This document shows positions 51,925-60,654 of a DNA stretch of 64,000 nt, one piece after another (within the stretch, counting starts at the first letter, position 1; each line of letters begins with the position of its first letter). The translations under genes were made by a program, and so were the position numbers. The notes below the pieces were generated by a model. That model was not told the DNA's origin. It did no database searches and worked only from the letters and a program-made list of their open reading frames with translations. Origin of the DNA: a bacterium (GTDB taxonomy: Bacteria > Patescibacteriota > Microgenomatia > Levybacterales > UBA12049); NCBI GenBank assembly GCA_021824155.1, contig JAKALN010000001.1, forward strand, positions 15 to 64,014, written 5' to 3'.

Positions 51925-52548
51925 CTAATGATTGAGTTCTATTCCCGAAGCATCATTGATGGAAAGAGTTTCACTGCAACTGTTGAAACTTCCCGTAACC
52001 AAAACCGAAGTATTATTAAAAGGAACGAGGTTTATGTTTTCGTTAAATGGAATATTTAAAGTCGTTCCGTCGGTCTTTACCAAAATTGTCCTGTTGATAA
52101 TTTTCGATGAACTATGAACCATAAGAATTGTGTCGATGAGCGAAAGCGGACCATTATATATTTCCCTGTAATTTAAAACTTTTATTGTTCCTATGTGGGT
52201 TTGCACACCTTTATCGCAGATTACCCGGTTTCCTCCAAAAAGTCCGAAAACCGAAAGGACTAAAATAACCCCTGCAATTCCCAAACTGCCTTTAAGTGTA
52301 AAAGAAAAAGCTTTTTGGTTTTTTATTTCCTCCAAAAGCTCTATTACACGTCTTAGCGGATTTCCGATTCTAATATCAAGGAGGTCTTCCTGATCTTTGT
52401 AATTGCCGGTGTGGCTGGCAAGGAAAGTAGACAGTGGATCGTGGAGGTTAGAAAGACCGGGAACTTTAATAAAGTGACCTTTCTCGTCGCGGGGACGAGA
52501 AGATGCAACTTCTCCTTTGAGTTTATCTTTGGCTTGAGCACTAGCCAT
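51925..52548 (-). CDS. Hypothetical single-TM protein (207 aa)
   Basis: ORF with one hydrophobic helix (GIAGVILVLSVFGLFG). Confidence 0.4.
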   Translation of the reverse strand: MASAQAKDKLKGEVASSRPRDEKGHFIKVPGLSNLHDPLSTFLASHTGNYKDQEDLLDIRIGNPLRRVIELLEEIKNQKAFSFTLKGSLGIAGVILVLSVFGLFGGNRVICDKGVQTHIGTIKVLNYREIYNGPLSLIDTILMVHSSSKIINRTILVKTDGTTLNIPFNENINLVPFNNTSVLVTGSFNSCSETLSINDASGIELNH

Positions 52549-52572
52549 ACCTTAAATATAACATAAACTTTT

Positions 52573-52636
52573 GATGGTGGACAATGGAAACTGGAAGCTA
52601 GAACTTGAAGCTTGATGATAGAAGGTAGATAATAAG
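52573..52636. repeat. Left half (B) of the pentamer-repeat element
   Basis: GATGGTGGACAATGGAAACTGGAAGCTAGAACTTGAAGCTTGATGATAGAAGG matches the left arm of copies A and C. Confidence 0.5.
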
Positions 52637-52641
52637 TTAAA

Positions 52642-53004
52642 GTGATTAAAACCTTTCGTGATTTAGAGGTTTACAACGAATCCTACTCCTTAATGATTCT
52701 TGCTCACAAATTAGCAAAAACTCTTCCCGTCTATGAACGTAATGATTTGGCTTCTCAAATAAGAAGAGCTTCAAAATCTTGTCCTGCTAATATTGCAGAG
52801 GGTTGGGCTAAAAGGAGATTTGAAAAAGAATTTAAACACCATTTGGATAGCGCAATCGGTTCAGCAAACGAAATGGAAGTACATATAGAAACCGCAAGAG
52901 ACTTGGGATATTTACAAGAAAATTTTTCAAACGATATTCTGGTTCGATACCAAAAACTAGGCGGGAAATTAAGAAATCTGCAAAGAAACTGGAAAACATA
53001 CTAA
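52642..53004 (+). CDS. Four-helix-bundle protein (23S rRNA intervening-sequence protein family), GTG start
   Basis: 120 aa with the typical family length and helical pattern. Confidence 0.65.
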   Translation: MIKTFRDLEVYNESYSLMILAHKLAKTLPVYERNDLASQIRRASKSCPANIAEGWAKRRFEKEFKHHLDSAIGSANEMEVHIETARDLGYLQENFSNDILVRYQKLGGKLRNLQRNWKTY

Positions 53005-53010
53005 TCAAAT

Positions 53011-53057
53011 GTCTATCCTCTAACCTCGAAATCCAACTTCTATCTTCCACCGTCTAC
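53011..53057. repeat. Right half (B') of the pentamer-repeat element
   Basis: CTAACCTCGAAATCCAACTTCTATCTTCCACCGTCTAC matches the right arm of copies A and C. Confidence 0.45.
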
Positions 53058-53076
53058 ATTCAAATTATGCTCCGCA

Positions 53077-53085
53077 TGGTATAAT
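53077..53085 (+). promoter_or_regulatory. Extended -10 element TGgTATAAT upstream of the 53092 gene
   Basis: Exact nonamer 7 nt before the ATG. Confidence 0.4.
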
Positions 53086-53091
53086 TAGCGC

Positions 53092-53412
53092 ATGGCAGAA
53101 GGACTGGAAGCCCATATTACACCGGATGAGGCTTTTTGGAAAAAACCTCCAATACCTGAAAAAGAAAAGCCTTTAAATTTAAAAGAAAAGGCTTTTTATC
53201 TTGCATTGGACTCCTTTCCCGAAGCAACCCAAAACCTTATAGCCTCTTTATCCACAAGTTTTTTAGAAGCAGACGTTTATAACGAATTTAAAAACAGCAA
53301 AGGAAGCATCAGTTCTTTAAGAAAGAGGTTAAAAGGCCAAGGTTTAATGCAGGAGCAAGTAGAGCTTGTTCTTGATTTTTTCAAGCTGCCTTACGAAAGT
53401 CCAAAAAGATGA
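53092..53412 (+). CDS. Hypothetical protein (106 aa), partner of Fic
   Basis: 4-nt overlap with the downstream Fic gene. Confidence 0.45.
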   Translation: MAEGLEAHITPDEAFWKKPPIPEKEKPLNLKEKAFYLALDSFPEATQNLIASLSTSFLEADVYNEFKNSKGSISSLRKRLKGQGLMQEQVELVLDFFKLPYESPKR

Positions 53413-54134
53413 GTCCAGATAAGCCATCCCACCAGCTGCAAGAATTAGGAAACGAATTTAAATGCCAGAAATTGGTTAATCAATGGCTTGGCGACCATAT
53501 CCCAAGCAGCCAAATTATTCCCCATCTGCATAAACAGCTTATGGACGGAAGTGACGACTACGCAAAAAAAGGGATATTACCAGTACCGCCCGGAGTTTAC
53601 AGGAATATAGACGTTGCAACCGACGGGGAACCTGCAAATTACTACGCATTTGGCCTTGACGTTGCCCCCGCTATGGGAAAATATACCAAAGACCTTGATA
53701 ATTTACTCCGAAACTTACCAAGAAACCCTATTGGAAATATTGATTCTATAGTAGAAAACGCCGCAAGATATTATTACGCTTTTGAAAGAATACATCCTTT
53801 CCTGGACGGAAACGGAAGAATTGGAAGAATGATTTTAAAAAGGATATTAAGGGGCGCCGGCCTAAAAGATTTGGTTTTTAGGTCCGATTTGGGCAAAGGA
53901 AGAAACGCTCATCTGGACGCAATAAAAGCGGTAAACAGATCGGGAAACATTGCATACATAGAAATTTATCTGTTAGACCAGATCGGCTTAAGGTATATGG
54001 GAGAAAGGGACGAAAATTTTTCCCTCGAAATCCAAAGAGCCCGCCGGAAAAAAACCGATAACATACAAAACCAGAAATACCCTTATCCCGTAACTGATAT
54101 TTGGGAAGGGTTTAAAGGTTTAGACATCGCATAA
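53409..54134 (+). CDS. fic: Fic family protein (AMPylase-type)
   Basis: Canonical HPFLDGNGRIGR. Confidence 0.8.
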   Translation: MSPDKPSHQLQELGNEFKCQKLVNQWLGDHIPSSQIIPHLHKQLMDGSDDYAKKGILPVPPGVYRNIDVATDGEPANYYAFGLDVAPAMGKYTKDLDNLLRNLPRNPIGNIDSIVENAARYYYAFERIHPFLDGNGRIGRMILKRILRGAGLKDLVFRSDLGKGRNAHLDAIKAVNRSGNIAYIEIYLLDQIGLRYMGERDENFSLEIQRARRKKTDNIQNQKYPYPVTDIWEGFKGLDIA

Positions 54135-54204
54135 ATTATATACAAGAAATTTGATGATAGACCAAACTTCTAACTTCAAATAAATCAAATCGGGCTTTGG
54201 AATC

Positions 54205-54213
54205 TGGTATAAT
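54205..54213 (+). promoter_or_regulatory. Extended -10 element TGgTATAAT upstream of alaS
   Basis: Exact nonamer; element C lies between it and the alaS ATG. Confidence 0.4.
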
Positions 54214-54224
54214 GAGTATTAATT

Positions 54225-54335
54225 GAGGATGGACAGTGGAAGCTAGAAACTGGACCTTGATGTTAGAAGATGGAGGCTTGAATCTGACTTCTAACTTCCA
54301 ACTTCTATATCTAACTTCAAGCATCTACTGTCTAC
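54225..54335. repeat. Palindromic TGGAA/TTCCA pentamer-repeat element, intact copy C
   Basis: GAGGATGGACAGTGGAAGCTAGAAACTGGACC...CTTCTAACTTCCAACTTCTATATCTAACTTCAAGCATCTACTGTCTAC. Confidence 0.6.
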
Positions 54336-54351
54336 TCTCAAAATATTTTCG

Positions 54352-56124
54352 ATGAATATAAAAGAGATTATTGATGTTTATATAAGTTTTTTTGAAAAAC
54401 GCGGGCATAAGAGAATTGCAAATTCTCCGCTTGTCCCGGAAAACGACCCTACTACCCTTTTTACATCATCGGGTATGCAGCCTTTAATCCCATATCTTTT
54501 GGGAGAAAAACACCCCCAAGGAGACAGGCTTGTTGACGTACAAAATTGTTTTAGGGCAGTTGATATAGACGAAGTTGGTGATAATCGTCACACAACTTTT
54601 TTCAGGATGCTTGGAAATTGGAGTCTGGGAAGTTATTTTAAAAAAGAGGAAATCCCAATGCTTTGGGAATTTTTAACTAAAGAACTAAACCTTCCCAAAG
54701 AAAAACTTTATATAACAGTATTTGCCGGAGACGGAGGGGTTGGAAAAGATAACGAAGCTTTTGAAATTTGGAAAACGCTTGTTCCCGAAAATAAAATTTT
54801 CTTTGCGGGAGTTGATAAAAATTGGTGGTCTAGAAGCGGAGTGCCGGATAATATGCCCGTAGGCGAACCTGGCGGGCCCGATACCGAAGTTTATTACAGA
54901 TTTGACGATTTAAAACATAACTCTGAGTGCAAAGATAACCCCGTTGAATGCGAATGCGGAAAGTTTTTGGAAATCGCAAACTCTGTTTTTATGCAGTATC
55001 TAAAAACAGAAGAAGGATTTAAGGAATTACCCCAGAAAAACGTAGATTTTGGAGGAGGAGTCGAAAGACTTTTGGCAGCAGTTGAAGACAAACCGGATAT
55101 CTTCCAAACCTCCCTGCTCTATCCCGTTATAAAAACTATTGAAAAACAAACGGGAGCTTCTTATGGAATTAAGAATTATGAATTAAGAATTATGACCGAC
55201 CATTTGGTTGCGGGAGTTTTTATTTCAAGCGCAAACGTTAAGCCTTCAAACAAAGAAAGAGGATATATTTTAAGAAGGTTGCTTAGAAGAAGCTTTGATA
55301 ACTTATACAAACTTAAAACTGAAAACTTAGAACCTATAATTGAAACAATAGTCCAGCAATATAAAGATACGGATCCGTATTTGATAAATAATTTTGAGGA
55401 AATTAAATTTACAATTTTGGAGGAAGAAAAAAATTATAAAGGAACACTTTCGCGGGCAAAAACTTTTATCGACAAAAAATATCCCGGAAAAGAAGCGGAA
55501 GGCGTTAAAGAAATTTCCGCCGAAGATGCTTTCCTTTTGTATTCAACCCACGGACTTTCCCCAACCCAAATAAGAAGTTTGGGGTACGTTTTTAAGGAAG
55601 AAGATTTTGCGGTTTTAATGGAAGAGCACCAAAAATTATCAAGACTTGGTGCTTCACAAAAATTCAGGGGAGGGCTTGCGGATACAAATGAGCGGACAAT
55701 AATGGGACATACGGCAACCCACCTTTTACATAAAGCCTTAAGGGATATGTTTGGAGACCAACTTCACCAGACAGGAAGCAATATTACAACAGAGAGGCTA
55801 AGGTTTGATTTTAATTTTGACAGAAAATTAACCGGGGAAGAAATAGAAAAATTGGAAGATGTTGTTAACGGAAAAATAAAGGAAAACCTTCCGGTGCATT
55901 TTGAAATAATGCCGTTAAAAAGGGCAAAAGAACTGGGGGCAATAGGCCTTTTTGACGAAAAGTACGAAAATGACGTAAAAGTTTATTTTGTAGGCGATTA
56001 TTCAAAAGAGTTTTGCGGAGGCCCGCATGTAGATTTTACATCGAAGCTAAAAAGGTTTAAGATAATAAAACAGGAAAATATAGGTAACCGCCAAAGAAGA
56101 ATTTATGCGGTGGTCGGCGAATAA
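54352..56124 (+). CDS. alaS: Alanine--tRNA ligase, compact form (catalytic plus editing motifs, no C-Ala domain)
   Basis: FTSSGMQP, RHTTFFRMLGNWSLGSYFK, HTATHLLH and CGGPHV. Confidence 0.8.
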   Translation: MNIKEIIDVYISFFEKRGHKRIANSPLVPENDPTTLFTSSGMQPLIPYLLGEKHPQGDRLVDVQNCFRAVDIDEVGDNRHTTFFRMLGNWSLGSYFKKEEIPMLWEFLTKELNLPKEKLYITVFAGDGGVGKDNEAFEIWKTLVPENKIFFAGVDKNWWSRSGVPDNMPVGEPGGPDTEVYYRFDDLKHNSECKDNPVECECGKFLEIANSVFMQYLKTEEGFKELPQKNVDFGGGVERLLAAVEDKPDIFQTSLLYPVIKTIEKQTGASYGIKNYELRIMTDHLVAGVFISSANVKPSNKERGYILRRLLRRSFDNLYKLKTENLEPIIETIVQQYKDTDPYLINNFEEIKFTILEEEKNYKGTLSRAKTFIDKKYPGKEAEGVKEISAEDAFLLYSTHGLSPTQIRSLGYVFKEEDFAVLMEEHQKLSRLGASQKFRGGLADTNERTIMGHTATHLLHKALRDMFGDQLHQTGSNITTERLRFDFNFDRKLTGEEIEKLEDVVNGKIKENLPVHFEIMPLKRAKELGAIGLFDEKYENDVKVYFVGDYSKEFCGGPHVDFTSKLKRFKIIKQENIGNRQRRIYAVVGE

Positions 56125-56127
56125 ACT

Positions 56128-58512
56128 ATGAACTTACCCAAACTTTCTTTTTTAGATAAAAAAGAAAAACCCGAATATTACCTTGCGCTAGTACTTCGAA
56201 ACGAAAAAGCTGTCGCGGTTATTCTAGAAGAACTGGAAAGAAAACTCAGAGTAATTTCAACAGGCGAAGAATCTTTTCCGGACTCCGTTGAAAACGCCAC
56301 AACCGAGGAATTTTTGAATACCTTAGATAAAGCAATTTCCCAAGCCGAAGAAACGCTTCCCAATAACGTTGAACCCCAAAAAACAATTTTCGGGCTTAAA
56401 GCATCGTGGGTCGAAGAAAATAAAATTAAAAAAGAATATTTGGACAAACTTAAAAAAGCAGGAAGCGAGTTAGTCCTTACACCTATTGGATTTCTTGTTT
56501 TAAACGAGGCTGTTGTCAGCCTTATACAAAAAGAGGAAGGGGCCCCTATTACCGCAGTCCTTGCAGAAATCGGAACAAAATATATGAGCGTTTCCCTTGT
56601 AAAAGCGGGGAAAATTATCGAAACAAAAAGTTCGGAAATACACGAATCCCCTTCTTATACAATTGACACTTTATTAAAACATTTCGAATCACCGGAAATC
56701 CTTCCTTCAAGAATTATTGTTTATGCGGCAGAGGAAGAAACAGTTCAGGAATTAACAGGCCACCAATGGAGCAAAAGCCTTCCGTTTTTGCACCTTCCCC
56801 AAGTTGTAAACCTTGACTCGAATTTTGACGCAAACGCAATGCTTCTTGGGACGGGAGCCCAAATGGGGCTTGGAATAATAACAGGCTACAAAAAAAAGGA
56901 AGAAGGCGAGGTTACAAGACTTGAACCCGCACTTGTAAATGAAATTGCCGACACCGAGGAAAAAGAAGAAACAGCCGAAGAAATTATTACCGAACAAACC
57001 GAAGAGCCAAAACTTGAAGAAGAAAATATTCAGGATTTAAACGATACCGTTTCGCCCGAATTTTTCGGATTTTTGGAAAACGAGGATATAGCAAAAATAC
57101 CCCGGCCGGAGGAGGCAGAAATTGAGCCTGAAATTAAAACTGCAAACCATGAACTGTCTTCGGATTCTATAGAAGGTTTTGACAGGGAGGAATCCCGGGC
57201 AGAAGAAATAGAAGAAATTCCCCAAAATTTAATGCTTAAAGAAGAAAAAAAACAGGTTTCCGGAAGATTTTTGGCCGTCCTGCCTCTTGCAAAACAAACT
57301 TTTGAAAAACTTTTAAAAGCTTTTAAAAAAATTCCGGTTAAAAATCTAAATATTCCTTTTCTAAAAAATACTGCGGGAGGAAAAGGAATTCTTTTGGCAA
57401 TACCCGGAGGGCTTATTGTCCTTGTAATTTTACTTTTCTTTTTCTTTTACCTTTTTGCCTCCCATGCAATAGTTACCTTAAACGTTAAGCCGGATATCTC
57501 CGAAAAAGACCAAACCGTAACTTTTTCGGCCAACTCTCCTACCGATGTTAAAAACAATGTTCTTGCCGCGCAATTTGTAACGGTTTCCGAAGACGGAACC
57601 GATACAACTCAAACAACGGGACAAAAACAAACCGGAAATATAGCAAAAGGCACGGTTACGGTATTTAACAACGCCCAAGAACCGGTAACTCTTTCCCAGG
57701 GGACAAAAATAACGTCCTCAAACGGCCTTGATTTTACTTTGGACAGCGGCGTTTCTGTTGCCTCGGCGTCGGGAGACCCTTTTTCGGGTACCAAGCCGGC
57801 AACCGCAAATGTAAACGTTACGGCATCTACTTTCGGGACAAACTATAATCTTCCATCGGGTACCGTATTTTCCATAGGAAGTAACCCGACGATTGCGGCA
57901 AAAAACGACAATCCTTTTTCGGGAGGGACAACCAAAAATATTACCGTAGTTTCCAAAGACGACACTGCCAAACTTTTAACAGACCTTCCAAAAAAACTTG
58001 AAGATAAAGCAAAAAACGACTTAAACGGCAAGGTATCGGCAGACTTTGCTCTTTTACCGGGATTTGTTTCCGAAACGGTCGATAAACAAAGTTTTGATAA
58101 AAATGCGGGAGACCAGGCCGATAATGTTACCTTAACCGGAACAGTTACATACCAGGCAATTTCCTACAGTAAAAACGACATTGTTAATTTAGCCCTTAAC
58201 CTTTTTAATTCAAACGATATAACAATAAACAAAGACAATTTAAACGTTAACGTCAAAAATATAAAATCCAAAGACCAAAGCAATGTTAGCGCCGATCTTA
58301 ATATCCAGGCTTTCCTGCTTCCAAAAATCGACCAAGGCTCTTTGGCAAAACAAATAGCGGGACAACCGTCCGGAAAAGCCCAAAGCCTTCTTGGCAGCAT
58401 TTCCCATGTTTCAAGCGTTAATATTACGGTTAACCCCCATATTCCGCTTCTTCCCAAGTTACTGCCTAAAAATTCCAAGAATATTAGCTTTGAAATAAAA
58501 CTTAATGGGTAA
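56128..58512 (+). CDS. Large membrane-anchored protein (794 aa)
   Basis: Cytoplasmic N-domain, acidic linker, one TM helix (GILLAIPGGLIVLVILLFFFFYLF), then a Thr/Ser/Asn-rich extracellular region. Confidence 0.5.
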   Translation: MNLPKLSFLDKKEKPEYYLALVLRNEKAVAVILEELERKLRVISTGEESFPDSVENATTEEFLNTLDKAISQAEETLPNNVEPQKTIFGLKASWVEENKIKKEYLDKLKKAGSELVLTPIGFLVLNEAVVSLIQKEEGAPITAVLAEIGTKYMSVSLVKAGKIIETKSSEIHESPSYTIDTLLKHFESPEILPSRIIVYAAEEETVQELTGHQWSKSLPFLHLPQVVNLDSNFDANAMLLGTGAQMGLGIITGYKKKEEGEVTRLEPALVNEIADTEEKEETAEEIITEQTEEPKLEEENIQDLNDTVSPEFFGFLENEDIAKIPRPEEAEIEPEIKTANHELSSDSIEGFDREESRAEEIEEIPQNLMLKEEKKQVSGRFLAVLPLAKQTFEKLLKAFKKIPVKNLNIPFLKNTAGGKGILLAIPGGLIVLVILLFFFFYLFASHAIVTLNVKPDISEKDQTVTFSANSPTDVKNNVLAAQFVTVSEDGTDTTQTTGQKQTGNIAKGTVTVFNNAQEPVTLSQGTKITSSNGLDFTLDSGVSVASASGDPFSGTKPATANVNVTASTFGTNYNLPSGTVFSIGSNPTIAAKNDNPFSGGTTKNITVVSKDDTAKLLTDLPKKLEDKAKNDLNGKVSADFALLPGFVSETVDKQSFDKNAGDQADNVTLTGTVTYQAISYSKNDIVNLALNLFNSNDITINKDNLNVNVKNIKSKDQSNVSADLNIQAFLLPKIDQGSLAKQIAGQPSGKAQSLLGSISHVSSVNITVNPHIPLLPKLLPKNSKNISFEIKLNG

Positions 58513-59233
58513 ATATTATTACAAAAAGGCTTCGGGTAAAAAACTTAAAAGAATTGCCAGAGGTTTTAGTCTTTTTATCGTTTTACTGGGTTTGGGAATT
58601 GCGCTTTATGTATTTTTTCCTCTTTTGTCGTGGCAGATTTATTTTGCGCCCGCCTTCGCAGCCCAGGATATTGCGGTCCCGATTCCAAAAGCTACACTTG
58701 TAAACGGGGACACCATTAGGAGTTTAATTTCCGAAGCTTCCCAGGGGCTAAGCGGAGTTGACTACAATAACGCCGAAAACTGGTTTCCCGGATATAAATA
58801 CCAGAAAGGAACCCCCACTGTTGACAGTTATACAATGGCAATCCCCAAGCTTAACATACAAAATGCCGTTGTTTCCGCGTCCGATGACGACCTTTCCAAA
58901 CATCTTGTAAATTTGGGGGGCACAACTATCCCTCCGCAAAAAGGAAACGCCGTGGTTTTCGGCCATTCAACGCTTCCCCAGCTTTTTGACCCGAACAATT
59001 ACAAGACTATTTTTGCCCGGGCGTACGAGCTTAAAGTAGGAGATAATATATTTGTAACCGTTTCGGGAACAACTTATAAATATACAATATTTAGCATTAC
59101 CGTTGTTGACCCTAACGATACTTCGGTTTTGGAGCAGGATTACAGCGATAACGTCTTAACGCTTATTACCTGTACCCCTCCGGGTACAATCTGGAAAAGG
59201 CTTATTATACGCTCGAGGCTTACTCAAATATAA
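58505..59233 (+). CDS. Sortase family transpeptidase
   Basis: N-terminal TM; catalytic His (VVFGHSTL), TLxTC motif LTLITCTP, conserved Arg (RLIIRSRL). Confidence 0.7.
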   Translation: MGKYYYKKASGKKLKRIARGFSLFIVLLGLGIALYVFFPLLSWQIYFAPAFAAQDIAVPIPKATLVNGDTIRSLISEASQGLSGVDYNNAENWFPGYKYQKGTPTVDSYTMAIPKLNIQNAVVSASDDDLSKHLVNLGGTTIPPQKGNAVVFGHSTLPQLFDPNNYKTIFARAYELKVGDNIFVTVSGTTYKYTIFSITVVDPNDTSVLEQDYSDNVLTLITCTPPGTIWKRLIIRSRLTQI

Positions 59234-59234
59234 T

Positions 59235-59378
59235 ATGGAAGAAAAAAACGCAATAAAACAATTTATAACAAATCTCTGGCCTTCGGTTTATAGAATAATA
59301 AATATTTTATTTTATTCCGTAATTTCCCTTCTTAAAAAATTTTTTTACCTTGCAATAAAACAAATTAAAGAAGCCTAA
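59235..59378 (+). CDS. Small ORF (47 aa) whose first 18 nt duplicate the start region of the downstream gene
   Basis: taatATGGAAGAAAAAAA occurs at 59231 and 59376. The peptide MEEKNAIKQFITNLWPSVYRIINILFYSVISLLKKFFYLAIKQIKEA is hydrophobic. Confidence 0.25.
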   Translation: MEEKNAIKQFITNLWPSVYRIINILFYSVISLLKKFFYLAIKQIKEA

Positions 59379-59379
59379 T

Positions 59380-60654
59380 ATGGAAGAAAAAAATCTCGCC
59401 CTAAACGCCATAAGAAAAAAACTTGTCGGAAAAAGACTTACATATAAAGAAATATACGCGATAATGGACCAGATTTCGGAAGAGAAACTCGGGGACGTTT
59501 TAACCACATATTTTGCCGCGTCGGGTTACTCCAAGGGTTTTACAAACCAGGAACTTTTTTATCTTACAAAAGCAATGGTGGAAACAGGGGAAAGGCTCCA
59601 TTTTAAAGGAATAGTCGCTGATAAACATTCAATAGGAGGGGTCCCCGGAACCAGGACAACGCCTATTGTTGTTTCCATTGTAGCAACAGCCGGTTTTAAA
59701 ATTCCCAAAAGCAGCAGCAGGGCAATAACAACACCCGACGGAACAGCGGACGATATGGAGATATTGGCCCCCGTTAATTTGTCTAAAGACCAGATTTATA
59801 AAGTTGTGGAAAAAACAAACGGGTGCGTTGTATGGGGAGGAAGTTTTAACATTGCGCCGGCGGACGACATTATGATACAGGTTGAAAAACCTCTTCTTTT
59901 TGAAAGCTACGATAAAATATTAGTCTCCATAATGGCCAAAAAGATTGCGTTTGGGTCAAACCACGTTGTAATTGACCTGCCTTACGGGGAAATGGTAAAA
60001 GTACATTCGATAAAAGACGCCGAAGTTTTAAAGGAAAAATTTATGTTCCTTGCCCGGGAATTTAAAGTAAAAATCAAAGTTTTAATACACAAAACAGACG
60101 AGCCGGCCGGAAGAGGCATAGGCCCTGTTTTGGAAATGAGGGAGTCTTTAAGGGTATTGCAGCAAAAAGAAGACAGGCCGCTTGATTTGGAAATCAGAAG
60201 CATAAACCTGGCGGGAACTCTTTTGGATATATGCATTAAAGATTCCCCCAAAAAATTACAGGAAGAAATTAAAAAAAATTATGGGAATTCCTTCGGCCTT
60301 GCAACCCATATTTTAAAAAGCGGAAAAGCATTTGATAAGTTCAAAGACATTGTAAAAGCCCAGGGAGGAGATCCCGATTTAGACAGCGAAAAATTAAAAC
60401 CGGGAAAATATTCCTACGAAGTAAAGGCCGATAAAAAAGGAGAAATAAAAAATCTAAACAGCAAAAATATAACAATAATCGCAAGAATTTTAGGCGCTCC
60501 CGGACAAAAAGGCGCGGGAATATATTTAAACAGGAAATTAAAAGACAAAGTGGAAAAAGGAGACGTGCTATATACACTTTTTAGCGAAAATGTGTATAAT
60601 TTAAAGGAAGGAAAGGATTCTTTAAAAAACTTTCCCGCAATGCTATACCAATGA
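59380..60654 (+). CDS. AMP phosphorylase / thymidine phosphorylase family protein
   Basis: KHSIGGVPGTRTT (phosphate-binding KHSxGGV motif); 424 aa. Confidence 0.75.
   Translation: MEEKNLALNAIRKKLVGKRLTYKEIYAIMDQISEEKLGDVLTTYFAASGYSKGFTNQELFYLTKAMVETGERLHFKGIVADKHSIGGVPGTRTTPIVVSIVATAGFKIPKSSSRAITTPDGTADDMEILAPVNLSKDQIYKVVEKTNGCVVWGGSFNIAPADDIMIQVEKPLLFESYDKILVSIMAKKIAFGSNHVVIDLPYGEMVKVHSIKDAEVLKEKFMFLAREFKVKIKVLIHKTDEPAGRGIGPVLEMRESLRVLQQKEDRPLDLEIRSINLAGTLLDICIKDSPKKLQEEIKKNYGNSFGLATHILKSGKAFDKFKDIVKAQGGDPDLDSEKLKPGKYSYEVKADKKGEIKNLNSKNITIIARILGAPGQKGAGIYLNRKLKDKVEKGDVLYTLFSENVYNLKEGKDSLKNFPAMLYQ

Noticed and set aside
56128-56900. FtsA/PilM-type actin-like ATPase call for the N-terminal domain of the 794-aa protein
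   Set aside because: Only a vague resemblance (alternating hydrophobic beta-strand pattern, Gly-rich segment). No phosphate-binding motifs could be verified by eye
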